A stretch of DNA of 64,000 bases from Octopus sinensis (taxonomy: Eukaryota): NCBI RefSeq assembly GCF_006345805.1, contig NC_043005.1, positions 71,176,001 to 71,240,000 on the forward strand. The letters run 5' to 3'. Position numbers and translations under genes: made by a program. The notes under the pieces are model-generated. The model was not told the DNA's origin. It ran no database searches and saw only the letters and a list, made by a program, of their open reading frames with translations. The stretch's first letter is position 1. Every line of letters starts with the position of its first letter. This document shows, piece after piece, positions 12,865 to 24,649 of the stretch.

Positions 12865-14165
12865 TAGTGAATGCTAATTTACTTAGCAGGTATTCAATCA
12901 TGAGGTCTGGTGACAACAAGTCTCCTCAAATGTCAAGCATCTCTTTTCGCATTCCTGCAGAATATAGGATTGTATATTTTTATTATTTTTATCATTATTT
13001 TTATTATTATCATTATTATTATCATTCTCATTGTTATTATTAATATTATTATTATCATTATTATTATTATTATCATCATCATCATAGCGATTATGTCAAC
13101 GGCATCCCGTTTGATGTTCCACTCATATCAAATCTCTCTACATCTCAAACGGCCCTCGTTGAATAGAGGATGACAGTTTTGCGTAACTCTGCTGTCAGAG
13201 TCTCAATACCAGTCTCTCCCGTCCTCTTCACCGACTGTTTTGATGTTGTTTCTAGCAATCCCATGACAACATGGATGAATTTCCCTCTCACGTCTCACTG
13301 TTTCCTCACTGTTTCTCTACTGCTCAAGCTGAAACACTTCTAAATGTTTTCCGTTTCTTTAACTTCTTTATATTTCGCTATCATTTCGTATAGCAAAATC
13401 TATAATCGTATTTTGTTTCTTCCTTTATATCTCTGTTATCATAAGTATTGTCTCTGTGTCTCTGATACATTATTAATTTGCATTACTAAACCCCATTAGA
13501 TCATATATTTTCACAAGCAGCTTCTAACTTATGATTGTATCGTTTTTTCACCTGCTTTGAATCCAAATTTCCTACTAATCTCCCTTTAGAATATCTTTTA
13601 CCAAATTCTCATGTCTTCTTTTGCATTTATTTTATGTCATCTTCCTCCATTTACACACTAAAATTATAACTTTCCTCTACTTTTAAACACACATCTGATA
13701 TTGACTATCTTGCAGCCTTCTGCCAATTTTTATTTGAAGAAAAGTTTCGTCTAATCGCCTGTTTTTGTGCAGTCATAACTGTTTGTGTTTCTCTTTCAGT
13801 TCCTTCATCATTCACCAAAGTCCATTATTCATCTTTTGCTATATTTTTGTATTTGACTGATAAACTATCCATGAAACGATTTTCTTTCTTTTCAGTTTTC
13901 CATCTTCACCTTTTTTTCATTTTTTGCTAGTTTTTTTTTTTTGTTTTATATATCATACTCTCTTTACAACTTCTTTGTATGTGTGTATGTGGATATTGAT
14001 CGTCTTCACTGCATATCTAAGTTTCTTCAATGAATATCTAAACTTCCCTCCAATTCATACATATAATTAATAACTGTACAGTCTCTGTTGCATGACTAAC
14101 CCTCTGTTTTCTACCATTATTTTGTTATAGTCTACTAATACCAATTTTCTAATTTGCATCTTTTT
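12865..14165 (-). pseudogene. Decayed R4/Dong-like (restriction-like endonuclease) LINE 3' region plus a second 3' end
   Basis: Minus-strand remnants AQKQAIR, KRRHENL, IIDFA and ELRKTVILYSTR at ~13085-14165. A second terminus ILYSAGMRKEMLDI* at ~12865-12975. Both are associated with (TAA)n/(TAG)n. Confidence 0.6.
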
Positions 14166-14780
14166 TATAGCCTAGCCAGAGAAAGAACTTGTATCTATGA
14201 ATCTTGGAAAAAAAAAGAAGAAATCATGCCTCATGGGTTGATTTTGGCCCTTCAGCATTTAACCTAACCATATCCAACCTAAATATTCTAATATGTTCAG
14301 AATGGCCAATCTGGTCGCCCACACTTACCTTACAATATCTCTCTAAAAATATACAATCATATCATGGAAATCTTAAAGCTACAAGATAATGCTTAATATA
14401 TTCAAAACAATATGTAGTGGATCTTGCAGGCATGGGGGTGGATTCGATCCACCATAGCCAAATTTAAATTAACAGTTCTACAGCACTTTTCTCAAGGTAA
14501 AACAATAGTTTTCCTGTGACAGTAGTTATATTTGCCAGATGCCTTAGCTAAGTAAAATGATGTCTTCGCTACTTGATCCTTCTAACCTCTTCTATTTCAC
14601 AAGTAGCTAGAATACAGTTATCACAGACCTACATCGAAATCTATTGTTCTCAATCAACGTAATTGGCTTTCACCCTTCCTTCAAAAACTGTTGGTATTGT
14701 GCATAAGTGAGAAACAATTATTAGAAAATTACTATTTTAAATCTCACAGTGTGAGATATTCAGCAACAGTACTTTGTAGT

Positions 14781-15005
14781 AAAGACTGTTTTCCAACATA
14801 ACATTGCAGCCCCCCCGCCCGGTCTAAGACGAATGCTGCTGTAATTTAGCCCCAAGGGACATCGTCTCCAGCTGGCTATATGACACGATCTGTAAGGGCA
14901 CAAATCGTGTCATATAGCCAGCTGGAGACGATGTCTCCTGGGGCTAAATTACAGAAACATTCGTCCTAGACCAGGACTGCCATGTTATGTTGGAAAACAA
15001 TCTTT
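14781..15005. repeat. Fold-back inverted repeat (~105 bp arms, 14 nt spacer)
   Basis: The inner 32 bp gacatcgtctccagctggctatatgacacgat is perfectly inverted. The outer arms are imperfect. Confidence 0.9.
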
Positions 15006-15489
15006 TCTGCAATTATTATTAGTTTGAAAATAATTCTTTGGGAAATGATTAGTAGAATCTAGGGAGATGGCCAAAATGTTTTGCACTATTCTTACAATTG
15101 TTCACATTCTCACTTCATAAGAAACTAAGATCAGTTTTCATGATCTGTAATAGACTGTGACCTTCAAAGTTCCTTCTACCACATGTACAATCACTGTGAA
15201 ATATACAGACTCGTCTACAAACACTTCGGAACACTATTATAACATCATTGCTATTGTCACCCAACACACATGATCATGGATGAACTAATGAGGAAGTCTG
15301 TATGCAGTTTCTTGACTTTCTAGAAATAGCAGCCAAATCTCCTTCAAATCAGTCTGCTGTCTTAAAAATGGAAATTCCCATTGAACAATATTGTCCCTGA
15401 TGTACAAAACAGGATGGTCATGGATCAAACATCTTCCATCAAAAGTTGCTTTATGAATAAGATCTTACATGGGTTATGACATGACAGGG

Positions 15490-17200
15490 TACAGTGCATA
15501 ACTTGGACAGAAGCTTTCCAATAATCTGTGATGAGAGAGCAAAGGTAAGATGTGCTCCAAATTTTAAAGCATGTTTTAGTGTGAATCAGGGTGTTGTTGA
15601 CGAAAAGTGCATTCAGAATGAGAGCAATGCCTTTACATTCACCAATGCAGAAAAGAATCAAACCTGGAAATTTTACTACAAGAGATTGCTGAATGGTTAT
15701 GCATAAGAAAAAGAGGGACCCTCTGAAGTAAACCCAACTGAGGGAATAAATATTGAAGTGGACAGCTGTACTCTTTTACTCTTTTACTTGTTTCAGTCAT
15801 ATGACAGTGGCCTTGCTGGAGCACTGCCTTTAGTCGAACAAATCAACCCCAGGACTTATCCTTTGCAAGCCTAGTACTTATTCTATGGGTCTCTTTTGCC
15901 GAACTGCTAAGTTATGGTGACGCAAACACACCAGCATCAGTTGTCAAGTGATGTTGGGGGAACAAACACAAACACACATATATATGTATGTATATACATA
16001 TATACAACGGGCTTCTTTCAGTTTCCGTCTACCAAATCCACTCACAAGGCTTTCATCAGCCTGGGGTTATAGTAGAAGACACTTGCCCAAGGTGCTATAC
16101 AGTAGGACTGAACCTGGAACCATGTGGTTGGTAAGCAAGCTACTTACCACAAAGCCACTCCTGCGCCTATAATATCCAAAATATCAACAACAACAAAAAA
16201 AAGAAGTCTATTACTCAGATGACCACTTGGGTAGTTCAGTGATAAATGAATCATAATAATTACTGTAGTAGTATCATCATCAGCTGTTATAGAGACAAAA
16301 GAAATGCTCTGGAAAGAAGTAATTACAGAAGTATCAATCTGATGGACCGAGTTACAGAAAAGATTACTATTACAACTGATTTGGAAGAGAATTAATTTAC
16401 ATAAGATGCTGTTCATGTCTGTGCTTGGACAGTGTATCACTCATTGATACACTGAGCTCTGTTCTGTGAGACAACAACAAAGGAAGTTCTGCACTAAGTG
16501 CAAGCATCTACACCTAACATTCTTGATCTGAAGAAAGCTTTTCATGGGGTACCACACAGTGCAGCTAGTTTGGTCCTATTTTCAGCAGCCACATTCCTTC
16601 ACTAGGCAGCAGTATCTAAGTTGTGGTCAGAATAAATGTTCCAGATGAGTTTGAAATCAAATGTTCACAGCTTTACAAATATTCCCTCTTGTCTCTCTTG
16701 TACATTTTTCAGTGTTGATGGTAGAGGAAGACAGTGTTAGTATATGCCATGAAGGTGTCAGGTACAACAAAAAATCAAGGTAGTTGATATTATTATTTTA
16801 AGACGTACTGAAGTATAAGTTAATAACAGAAGCACATATTTACCAGATCAATTTATTGTGCTGGCCTGCTGGTACCTGGAGAGGCTGGTCAGTGCTTTCA
16901 AGCATTGTGGTTTGTTAGACAATTAGCTCTCTCAAGGCACTTGTAGGCTTGTTTGATCTAGATGTCCAAGTGGTTAAGATCTGGATTAAGATTACTAGTG
17001 GGGTCACTAGTTTGTCCAGAATTGTGCTGGATGGAAGCTGTCTGTAAATGGCCAGCCAGAAGTAATGAATACATGTATTGTCTTTGCAGGTTTTTGCAGC
17101 ATGGAGAGTAGGCAATTTCCAGAAATGTTTGGGTTAGCCATGCTATATCACCATTCCAGGATAAATTCAATATATGTCAGGTTTGTCTGAGACACACTCA
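15490..17200 (+). pseudogene. Old, highly decayed RTE LINE ORF2 interrupted by a SINE
   Basis: NQGVVDEKCIQNE...WKFYYKRLLN and SSIIISCYRDKRNALERSNYRSINLMD align by eye with the RTE at 24650-25200. Split by the SINE at 15768-16168. The right boundary is approximate. Confidence 0.65.
15768..16168 (-). mobile_element. SINE family A, full length
   Basis: Complete reverse-complement match to the family A head and tail. Confidence 0.9.
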
Positions 17201-17229
17201 GAATGATGAAATCATTTTGTACCCATATA

Positions 17230-17641
17230 GGCATAGGAGTGGCTGTGTGGTAAGTAGCTTGTTTACGAACCACATGGTTCCGGGTTCAGTCCCACTGTGT
17301 GGCACCTTGGGCAAGTGTCTTCTACTATAGCTTCAAGTCGATCAAAGCTTTATGAGTGGATTTGGTAGATGGAAACTGAAAGAAGCCTGTCGTATATATG
17401 TATGTATATGTGTATGTGAGTGTGCGTATATGTTTGTGTGTCTGTGTTTGTCCCTCCAACATCGCTTGACAACCGATGCTGGTGTGTTTATGTCTCCGTA
17501 ACTTAGCAGTTCGGCAAAAGAGACCAATATAATAAGTACTAGTCTTACAAAGATTAAATTCTGGGGTTGATTTGCTCGACTAAATGCAGTGCTCCATCAT
17601 GGCTGCAGTCAAATGACTGAAACAAGTAAAAGAGTAAAAGA
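17230..17641 (+). mobile_element. SINE family A, full length
   Basis: ggcataggagtggctgtgtgg...gaaacaagtaaaagagtaaaag. Confidence 0.92.
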
Positions 17642-18070
17642 ATCATTCAGTGTCTAAGCATTGTAGTCTTCTGATATTATGTCAAACAGTCATCATTGCA
17701 AGTAGGATAGATGTAGCTATTACTCAAATCCATTCCAAGGATCTTTTATCATCTTCCTATGACCAAAAGCGAGCAAACCCTTTCCCTCTGTTTGCAATGG
17801 CAAAAGAGATTGCATAATTGACAAAACTGAAAGGATTTAAGATAATTATTTTACAGTCAATCAAACCCTCATCAACTTTGAGTTCTGCTTCAAAAGGAAA
17901 CTGAGACAAGTACCCTTCTCCACTGTATCTGCTGAAAAGTGGACATAACTGGCTAGAGTGGCCCAAGTGAATTGGCCCAGCATTCAGTAAATGTCTACAA
18001 GCTGGAAAACATGACCAGAAGGAGACCCTTGCCCTTGGTATTCAGAGTAATCCATAGTATATAGGGTTCT

Positions 18071-18304
18071 TTAATTCTTTAGCATTCAGATTATTTTACC
18101 AAATGCAATGCTGCTGATCTATTCACATTGTTTTGTATTAATCAGGGATTATCTTGTAGCTTAAAGATTTCAATAATATGATTATCTAGTTTTAGAACAA
18201 CGTTATTATAGAGTAGATGTGAGAGCTTTGATCAGTCTAATTTGAACGTTAAACATTTGGAATGTTTTGGCTGGAAACAGCCAGTTTAAATGCTAAAGGG
18301 TTAA
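18071..18304. mobile_element. piggyBac-like MITE
   Basis: Termini ttaattctttagcatt / aatgctaaagggttaa with TTAA flanks. Partial relatives at ~14248-14412 and ~41795-41914. Confidence 0.6.
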
Positions 18305-18582
18305 TTGGCTCTAGGGGACTGTCCCCTATTAGAACATTTCATTCTACTCCTAATTTATACTTTTGTTTTGCATGACTATGTCCATAATCGGTTCTTTAAA
18401 ATTCATACCATTTTGTAATTTACATTGTAATATTCCCACATCATTTGCCCTAGTGGCAAGTAACAGAAATCAGTTGTTGTTACTACTTCTATTTTCCTTC
18501 ATTCCTTCTCTTTCCTTTTCTCATTTTCTTTCCATCTTTCTTATTTTCTATTTCCTCTTTTCTTCACATATTTCATATAACA

Positions 18583-18650
18583 GGAAATCAATAGAGAGAA
18601 AACTATTGGTTCCCATTTCGTATTTCAGACACAAGGCGTTAAATCTTTTA
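18583..18650 (+). other. Candidate internal exon (68 nt)
   Basis: Long pyrimidine tract, aacAG acceptor and AA|GTAAGT donor. Two frames are open (EINREKTIGSHFVFQTQGVKSF or KSIERKLLVPISYFRHKALNLL). Unidentified. Confidence 0.25.
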
Positions 18651-19515
18651 AGTAAGTATGACCCCCGCCTGCCAAACTAAATGAATAAAGAGACATTGCA
18701 TGCATTAACTTAACAACAAGTATTTCATTTTATATAAATATTAAACTAAGAGATACAATTCGTACAGATTTTCAATATGGAAGAGATAAGTAAATGTAAG
18801 CAGACACACAAAAGCAACTTTCAGATAAGATATTCTGTGCGTCTGAATAATAGACTGGAAACTGCATATAAACATCAAACAGTCTTTGGACAAAATTTTT
18901 CTTTCTATTCATCTTTTATTTCTTGATGTTGGTGTTTTGCACAAAGTCAGCCCCGATCAAATAGAGCTGTTATCAAAGGCATTCCAGCTGTGACCATCCT
19001 GTCTTTTATTCATAGAGTTTCTAAGATTATAGTATCCAAAGTGTTATATATTCTTTTAGTCGCAGTTGGGTGTGGTTTGAAGAATATTTCTAACAGGTTG
19101 GGTAACCCCATAGAGACTCCTTTGTTGATTACTGCTATTGCTGCAGGTGTAATTTCTAAATTTTATTTTACACTAGAGTTGCAATGTTGCAAATATAATA
19201 TTTTTAATGCTAAATCTAGCAATTTTCTATATTGTTTGTTGTGGAATTTAAAGCACCTAGCAGGAAAAGTAACATTTTTTTTTCAAACACCTTTTTAAAC
19301 ACTTTTAGTATTAAATATCATCATCATTACGATTTTACATTTGTTTTCCATGTTGGCATGAGAAGAATGGTACAACAGGATCTGGTAAGTCAAAGGACAA
19401 ATTCATGTTCCAACATCTCAATTATGGTATTGTTTCTATAGGTGGATGCTCTTCCAGATGCCAACCAATTCATTGAATATTTCAGATACCCATTGCTTTA
19501 CTAGTAAGCCTGAAG

Positions 19516-19567
<52 letters not shown>

Positions 19568-19829
19568 AGGATAATAAAAGGAAAATAAAGAGATAATGAG
19601 AGAGAGAGAGAGAGAGATAAGATGAAGATGAGGTTGTGAAGATGTGAGAAGAGAACAGTGAGTGAAACAGGCAAAGATGAGGAGGCAGCGGATGAATCCA
19701 TAAGAACACTGAGCGAAAGATGAGAAAGTGGGGAGCAAAGTGCGGCTGGAGCGAAAATAGCTAAACACCAACAATATACAGACATGAGTGTGCGTGTGTA
19801 TGTGTGTGTGTGTGTGTGTCTTTGTATTG

Positions 19830-20110
19830 AGGCATTAAAAAGCCATCAGCAGTCATTTTACCAATGAATTAAAAAGGTGTCAGATTTGTGGAAAGGAGTG
19901 TGCCCCCTCAGGAGTCCTCAAGCACCATGTGAAAATGCCCAAGAGCAATGAATCACAAAAGAGCTCCAATGGCATTTGCACTTGTCAGCTGTGTGGTAAA
20001 GAATGTAGATCTTTAGATGGACCGAAAAGTCACAGATGAGCATTGCATGTGTAGGGCTTTCGATCAGGTGATGGTAATACTTGAACACAAATTTGCAGCC
20101 ATCATGAATG
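19830..20110 (+). mobile_element. LINE 3' end with two decayed C2H2-like fingers and (ATGT)n tail
   Basis: RCQICGKECAPSGVLKHH and CTCQLCGKECRSLDGPKSH, then a short UTR ending gcagccatcatg+(atgt)n. Confidence 0.55.
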
Positions 20111-20159
20111 TGTGTATGTATGCATGCATACATGTATGCATGCATGTATGTATGTCTCT

Positions 20160-20390
20160 TTTATTTTTTAATTATTATAAATCTTCCACTGAGGAGGGAG
20201 CCTGTTTCCAACAAAGATACAAAGGCTCCATCTTTGGGATGTAGTTAACACAGACAAATTCACATTTGGAACTTGAGAAAAGTCTTGCATATTTTTACTG
20301 TTCCACTCACAGATTGCACTTGTAATATACAAATGAGCCGGCTGATTTCTTTTTCTGAAAATCCTAGTTTATCCAGATTCCTCTTTAATG
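20160..20390 (-). mobile_element. RLE-type LINE 3' end (family targeting (ACAT)n)
   Basis: LKRNLDKLGFSEKEISRLICILQVQSVSGTVKICKTFLKFQM* is homologous to 38090-38221. (TATG)n lies on both sides. Confidence 0.7.
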
Positions 20391-20943
20391 TATGTATGTA
20401 TGTATGTATGTATGTGTGTATGTATGTATGTATGTATGTATGTATGTATGTATGTATGTACGTGTGTATGTACGTGTGTATGTACGTGTGTATGTACGTG
20501 TGTATGTACGTGTGTATGTACGTGTGTATGTATGTGTGTATGTATGTGTGTATGTATGTATGTGAGTGTATAGATGTATGTGTGCATACATGCATGTGTC
20601 TATGTGTGCATGCATGTCTTGTGTATGTATGTATCTGTGTACATGTGCATATTTGTGTGTGTGTGTTTGTGTATACGTAAGTACGTATGAGTGTATATGT
20701 GTGTGTATGTATGTATGTAGTGGAAGTCAATTTGTGATTGAGTAAGACCACTTCCTAATGTCTGTAATCTCATGCAAATGTTCCAAGAGTCCAAAACGCT
20801 TCCATGCATTGAATTTGTTTTGAGTGGATAAGGATTTGCACAACACTGAACCTACTTCTCAATGCAATCGGCCACAAAACCAGTGACACAACAAAGACTG
20901 AGACAACCAGAAACAAACTGTACTTCAGATTTTTATTATATAA

Positions 20944-21200
20944 TGGCATAGGAGTGGCTGTGTGGTAAGTAGCTTGATTACCAGCCACATGGTTCTGGGT
21001 TCGGTCCTACTGTGTGACACCTTGAGCAAGTGTCTTCTACTATAGCCTCGGGCTGACCAAAGCTTTGTGAGTGGATTTGGTAGATAGAAACTAAAAGAAG
21101 CCCATCGTATATATGTGTATATATATATATATATGTATATGTGTGTGTGTGTGTGTGTGTGTATGTGTTTGTTCCCCCAACATTGCTTGATAACCGATGC
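20944..21200 (+). mobile_element. SINE family A (3'-truncated)
   Basis: Head and central body match family A. Confidence 0.85.
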
Positions 21201-21649
21201 CTTGGATCATGTAAATAAGTCTCTCTCATAGCACTAGGGGGGACCCCTCCATGTCAAAATAGTAGAGGAGTAGGGGCCAAAACTGGACATGGTTCCTCCT
21301 GATGATATCTTGAGCTAACTGGATCCTATAAAGGAGCTGTTGTGGTAGCAGACCACGAAACATGGTTGAAATTCCTTGGGTGGGCATATTTATATTTCTC
21401 TACATAACCAGTTTATTTAATGGTTCGACCGCTTTCTGTACAAGGTAGGAAAGATATTAAAATAATTTGCTTTCTAGTGTAAAACAAGTTTTCAAGCCAA
21501 AAGCATTGATACTCACCAGCTTCCAGTGATTCTTATTACATGACACAATTTTTCAGTAAATTGTCACTAATTGAAGTTGAGAGTTTTCAACTTTTATTTA
21601 TTTATTTATTTCATTTATTTTCTTTTATTTATTCATTTTAACAGTAACC

Positions 21650-24120
21650 ATTTTAAAGAAATTATAAAAAGAATTGCATGCTATGCCAAACAGTTAGTAA
21701 ATGGTTGTATGGAGTTCCTGCTGATTCATCTAAAGTACACTGCATGTTTTGTGATGTCATAGCAAACTATTTTGTTGGCAAGCCATTGCCAATTAAAAGA
21801 AAAAACAGCATAAGACACTAGATCCATTTAAAGCAATTATTGTTACCAATTGTTTTTTTAAATGAAAACGAGATGAGACCTCAGCGCTTACAGCAAACAC
21901 AGCGATGTGTATTTGCTTTTCCTTTAATAGTTGCGGATCATTTAGTAAATTTGTGCTAAAATAAAATACCTAACTGTGAAACTGTTTTCAAAGTAAAGAT
22001 GCTTCATAGAAAATGTGAAAATAGTGTAAATAATGTACTTGCACCACACTGTGATGAAAATTTGATTTCTGATACATAGAATGTGAAAATTCAGTCTTCT
22101 ATTAAATGTATCCAATAATATCACAGTTGACAAACTTCTTGGAATGGATATAATATACTTCAATAGCAATTACAAAAAAAGCTATGTATACGTATCTTGA
22201 TTTGGTATTTTAGTTTTCTGAAAGGTGTTCTGCAGATGGTGTCGTAAATGCTTAAAAAAAAAAGGAAAAAAAACAAACAAACAAACAAAGAAAACTTAGA
22301 GGAAAAGGAATAAAAGCTGGAAAATCTATTGCTTATTGGAACTGATAACGCTAGGAGTTAAAAGTGGTATCAGTCACAAATTAACTGTTCTAACCATTAT
22401 TTCTCTTTAGGTGTTTCATTCTTTGAAATTGGCAATAACCATATATGTGCTGAATGTCTGTCACTAGAAACTTCAAAATTTTTGGTAATAGAAACTTGTA
22501 AGTGGTCTTCTCACTTCTTCAGTTAGATAAGCATCTGATAAGCAGTTGTACTTTGCTATTAATGAAAAAGAACCACTAAAGATTTCAAACAGACGTGCAA
22601 GAAGATGGTTATCTACTAAAGTTGTCGTGAATAGAATTTGAATCAATGGCTAAATTCAAATCCACTTTAAAATGATGAGCACGGGAGGTGAGTACTTTAT
22701 TAAAGAACTGTTATATATGAAATTTATCTGAATGTAAGAATATGCTTTATTCTTAAATCCTGTCTCAGAGTATGTTCAAGAAGTTTGATAATTATATTGA
22801 ATAAAGAATGGCGAATAAACCAATGCTTCTCTACAAATCTTTCTCATTTACCCAAAGCAATTGTAAATATTTTAGAACTTGTAAGAAGTGGACTAAATCC
22901 CTTTGATCCTAATTCTAAACTGAAAATCTTTTCTTTAGAAAAGTTTTTCAATTTAGAATTTTGGCTACAGTTTTGAGAGAAAAATATCAGAAATGATTTC
23001 GTTTCTGGATTTGGTTTGCAAGATTCTTTATATAAGTCCGTGCATTGAAGAATATTCTGTTGTGCCTGGGGAGACTCATTTTCTTTTTGTGCCTTATAAT
23101 GTAACATACTCACCGGTAAAATTTCCACTTATTTCTCAATAGTCTTGAGAGTCAAGACTATTGGAAAGTTTGCAAGGTGCAATGAAAATTTTAGAAAATA
23201 AAAATAAGAAATAAGTGGAAATTTTACCGGTGAGTGTGTTACATTATAATGCACAAAAAGAAAATGACTCTCCCCAGACACAACAGAATCAGAAATGATG
23301 TTCTAGAAAATAACATCTGATGAAGGGGAAAATATTAAGCAAAGATTGAGAAATGTTTTCTGACATAACATACTGTTCATATTTCGTTTTTGGATTTGGT
23401 TTGCAAGATTCTTTATATGAGTTCGTGTGTTGAAGCATATTCTGTTGTGTCTGGGGAGAGTCATTTTCTTTTTGTGCCTTATTATGTAACACATGCACCA
23501 GTAAAATTTCCACTTTTAAAAAAAATTAAAATTTTACCAGTGAGTGTGTTACATTATGAGGCACAAAAAGAAAATGACTCTCCCCAGACACAACAGAATA
23601 CTGTTCATACTTTTACTTTTACTCATTTCAGCCATGCTGGAGCACTGCCATTGATTGAAGAGTATTTAAGAATATTAAATGTTTTTCTGGAGAAAATATT
23701 TCGAAACATGTATACAGGAATGAATTATTCCACTTTTCGATTTGATGAATTTAAATAAATTTAAATACTTATAACATAGCAAGAGTTGAATTTCAATATA
23801 ATTGTATTCATTTGTTTATATGAACCAACACGACCAGTACAGAAACATTTTAGAAGAAACTTTTTTATTACAAAAATGCTAATGGAAAAAATCCCTTTAG
23901 CAATGTTGCAGCATCTGTTGTTAATCTCTTAATATTACCTAATTCAGATGCCAAGGTAGAAAGATTATTCAGCAGCATGAATGTTATCAAAACAGAATTG
24001 AGAAATAAGAGGTAACTTCCGATGCTTGGAGCTGTTCTCTCAGTAAAATATGGCCTGGAACGATAAGATAAATGCTGCGAAGATTATTGTTTACCTGAAG
24101 CAACACTAAATAAAATTAGT
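21650..24120 (+). pseudogene. Decayed hAT-superfamily transposase
   Basis: Colinear motifs: BED-like KWLYGVPADSSKVHCMFC, DHLVNLC, FSLLLNVS, GTDNA, a frameshifted RCxHSLKLA (CxxH-type), PLKI...RRWLS, and the dimerisation motif LLILPNSDAKVERLFSSMNVIKTELRNK. Many stops and frameshifts. Interrupted at ~22975-23650. Confidence 0.8.
22975..23602. mobile_element. Double-hairpin repeat cluster inserted in the hAT element
   Basis: Two inverted pairs (23055-23136/23208-23289 and 23438-23513/23528-23600) and a direct repeat at 22996/23380. CTGATGA at 23317. The same terminus occurs at 8435-8475. Confidence 0.75.
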
Positions 24121-24649
24121 AAAGAATTGATTTCTACATTTCTTTTTAAATAAAGTAACTATTATTATTTCTTCTTATTTAGCATTTTAAAAACTTTTTT
24201 TAAACAGTCTAGCATTAAATAGTAATTTTCATTTGCCAACATGATAATTGTGTAGAGAACCAGATTAATAATGTAACAAAAGTAGCCAGCTCCATTCTAA
24301 ATGCTTTATTGCTATAGAAGTATACTAGCTTCAAGTTTTATGAACAAATAAGTTTCCAGTGTTGATTCTAAACTCAGAATACTTCCAAGATCCAAAACAC
24401 TTTAAAATGACAAATAATAAAATGAAATTGAGAGATAATGGTAAATTGGCAGCCTTATTTAATTTTTGCTGGATGTTGCTTAATTGGTTTGACATTCCAT
24501 TCTAGTTTGCAACAGTTGAGTTTAACTAACACTTTTCTTGAAAATAAGATTGATGGAATGAATCCGATTATTGCTAACATACTGGAATCACCCTAATTAT
24601 CTAATGATTTCTTTTGTATATCAATATTAATGATTTGTTTTAAATAATG

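Noticed and set aside
12885-12957. Minus-strand exon with cag acceptor and gtaaat donor
   Set aside because: All three frames contain stops. The sequence fits an R4/Dong-like LINE 3' terminus.
19870-20040. Host C2H2 zinc-finger gene
   Set aside because: The fingers are decayed, followed by a short UTR and microsatellite tail, and lack TGEKP linkers. This fits a LINE ORF2 C-terminus.
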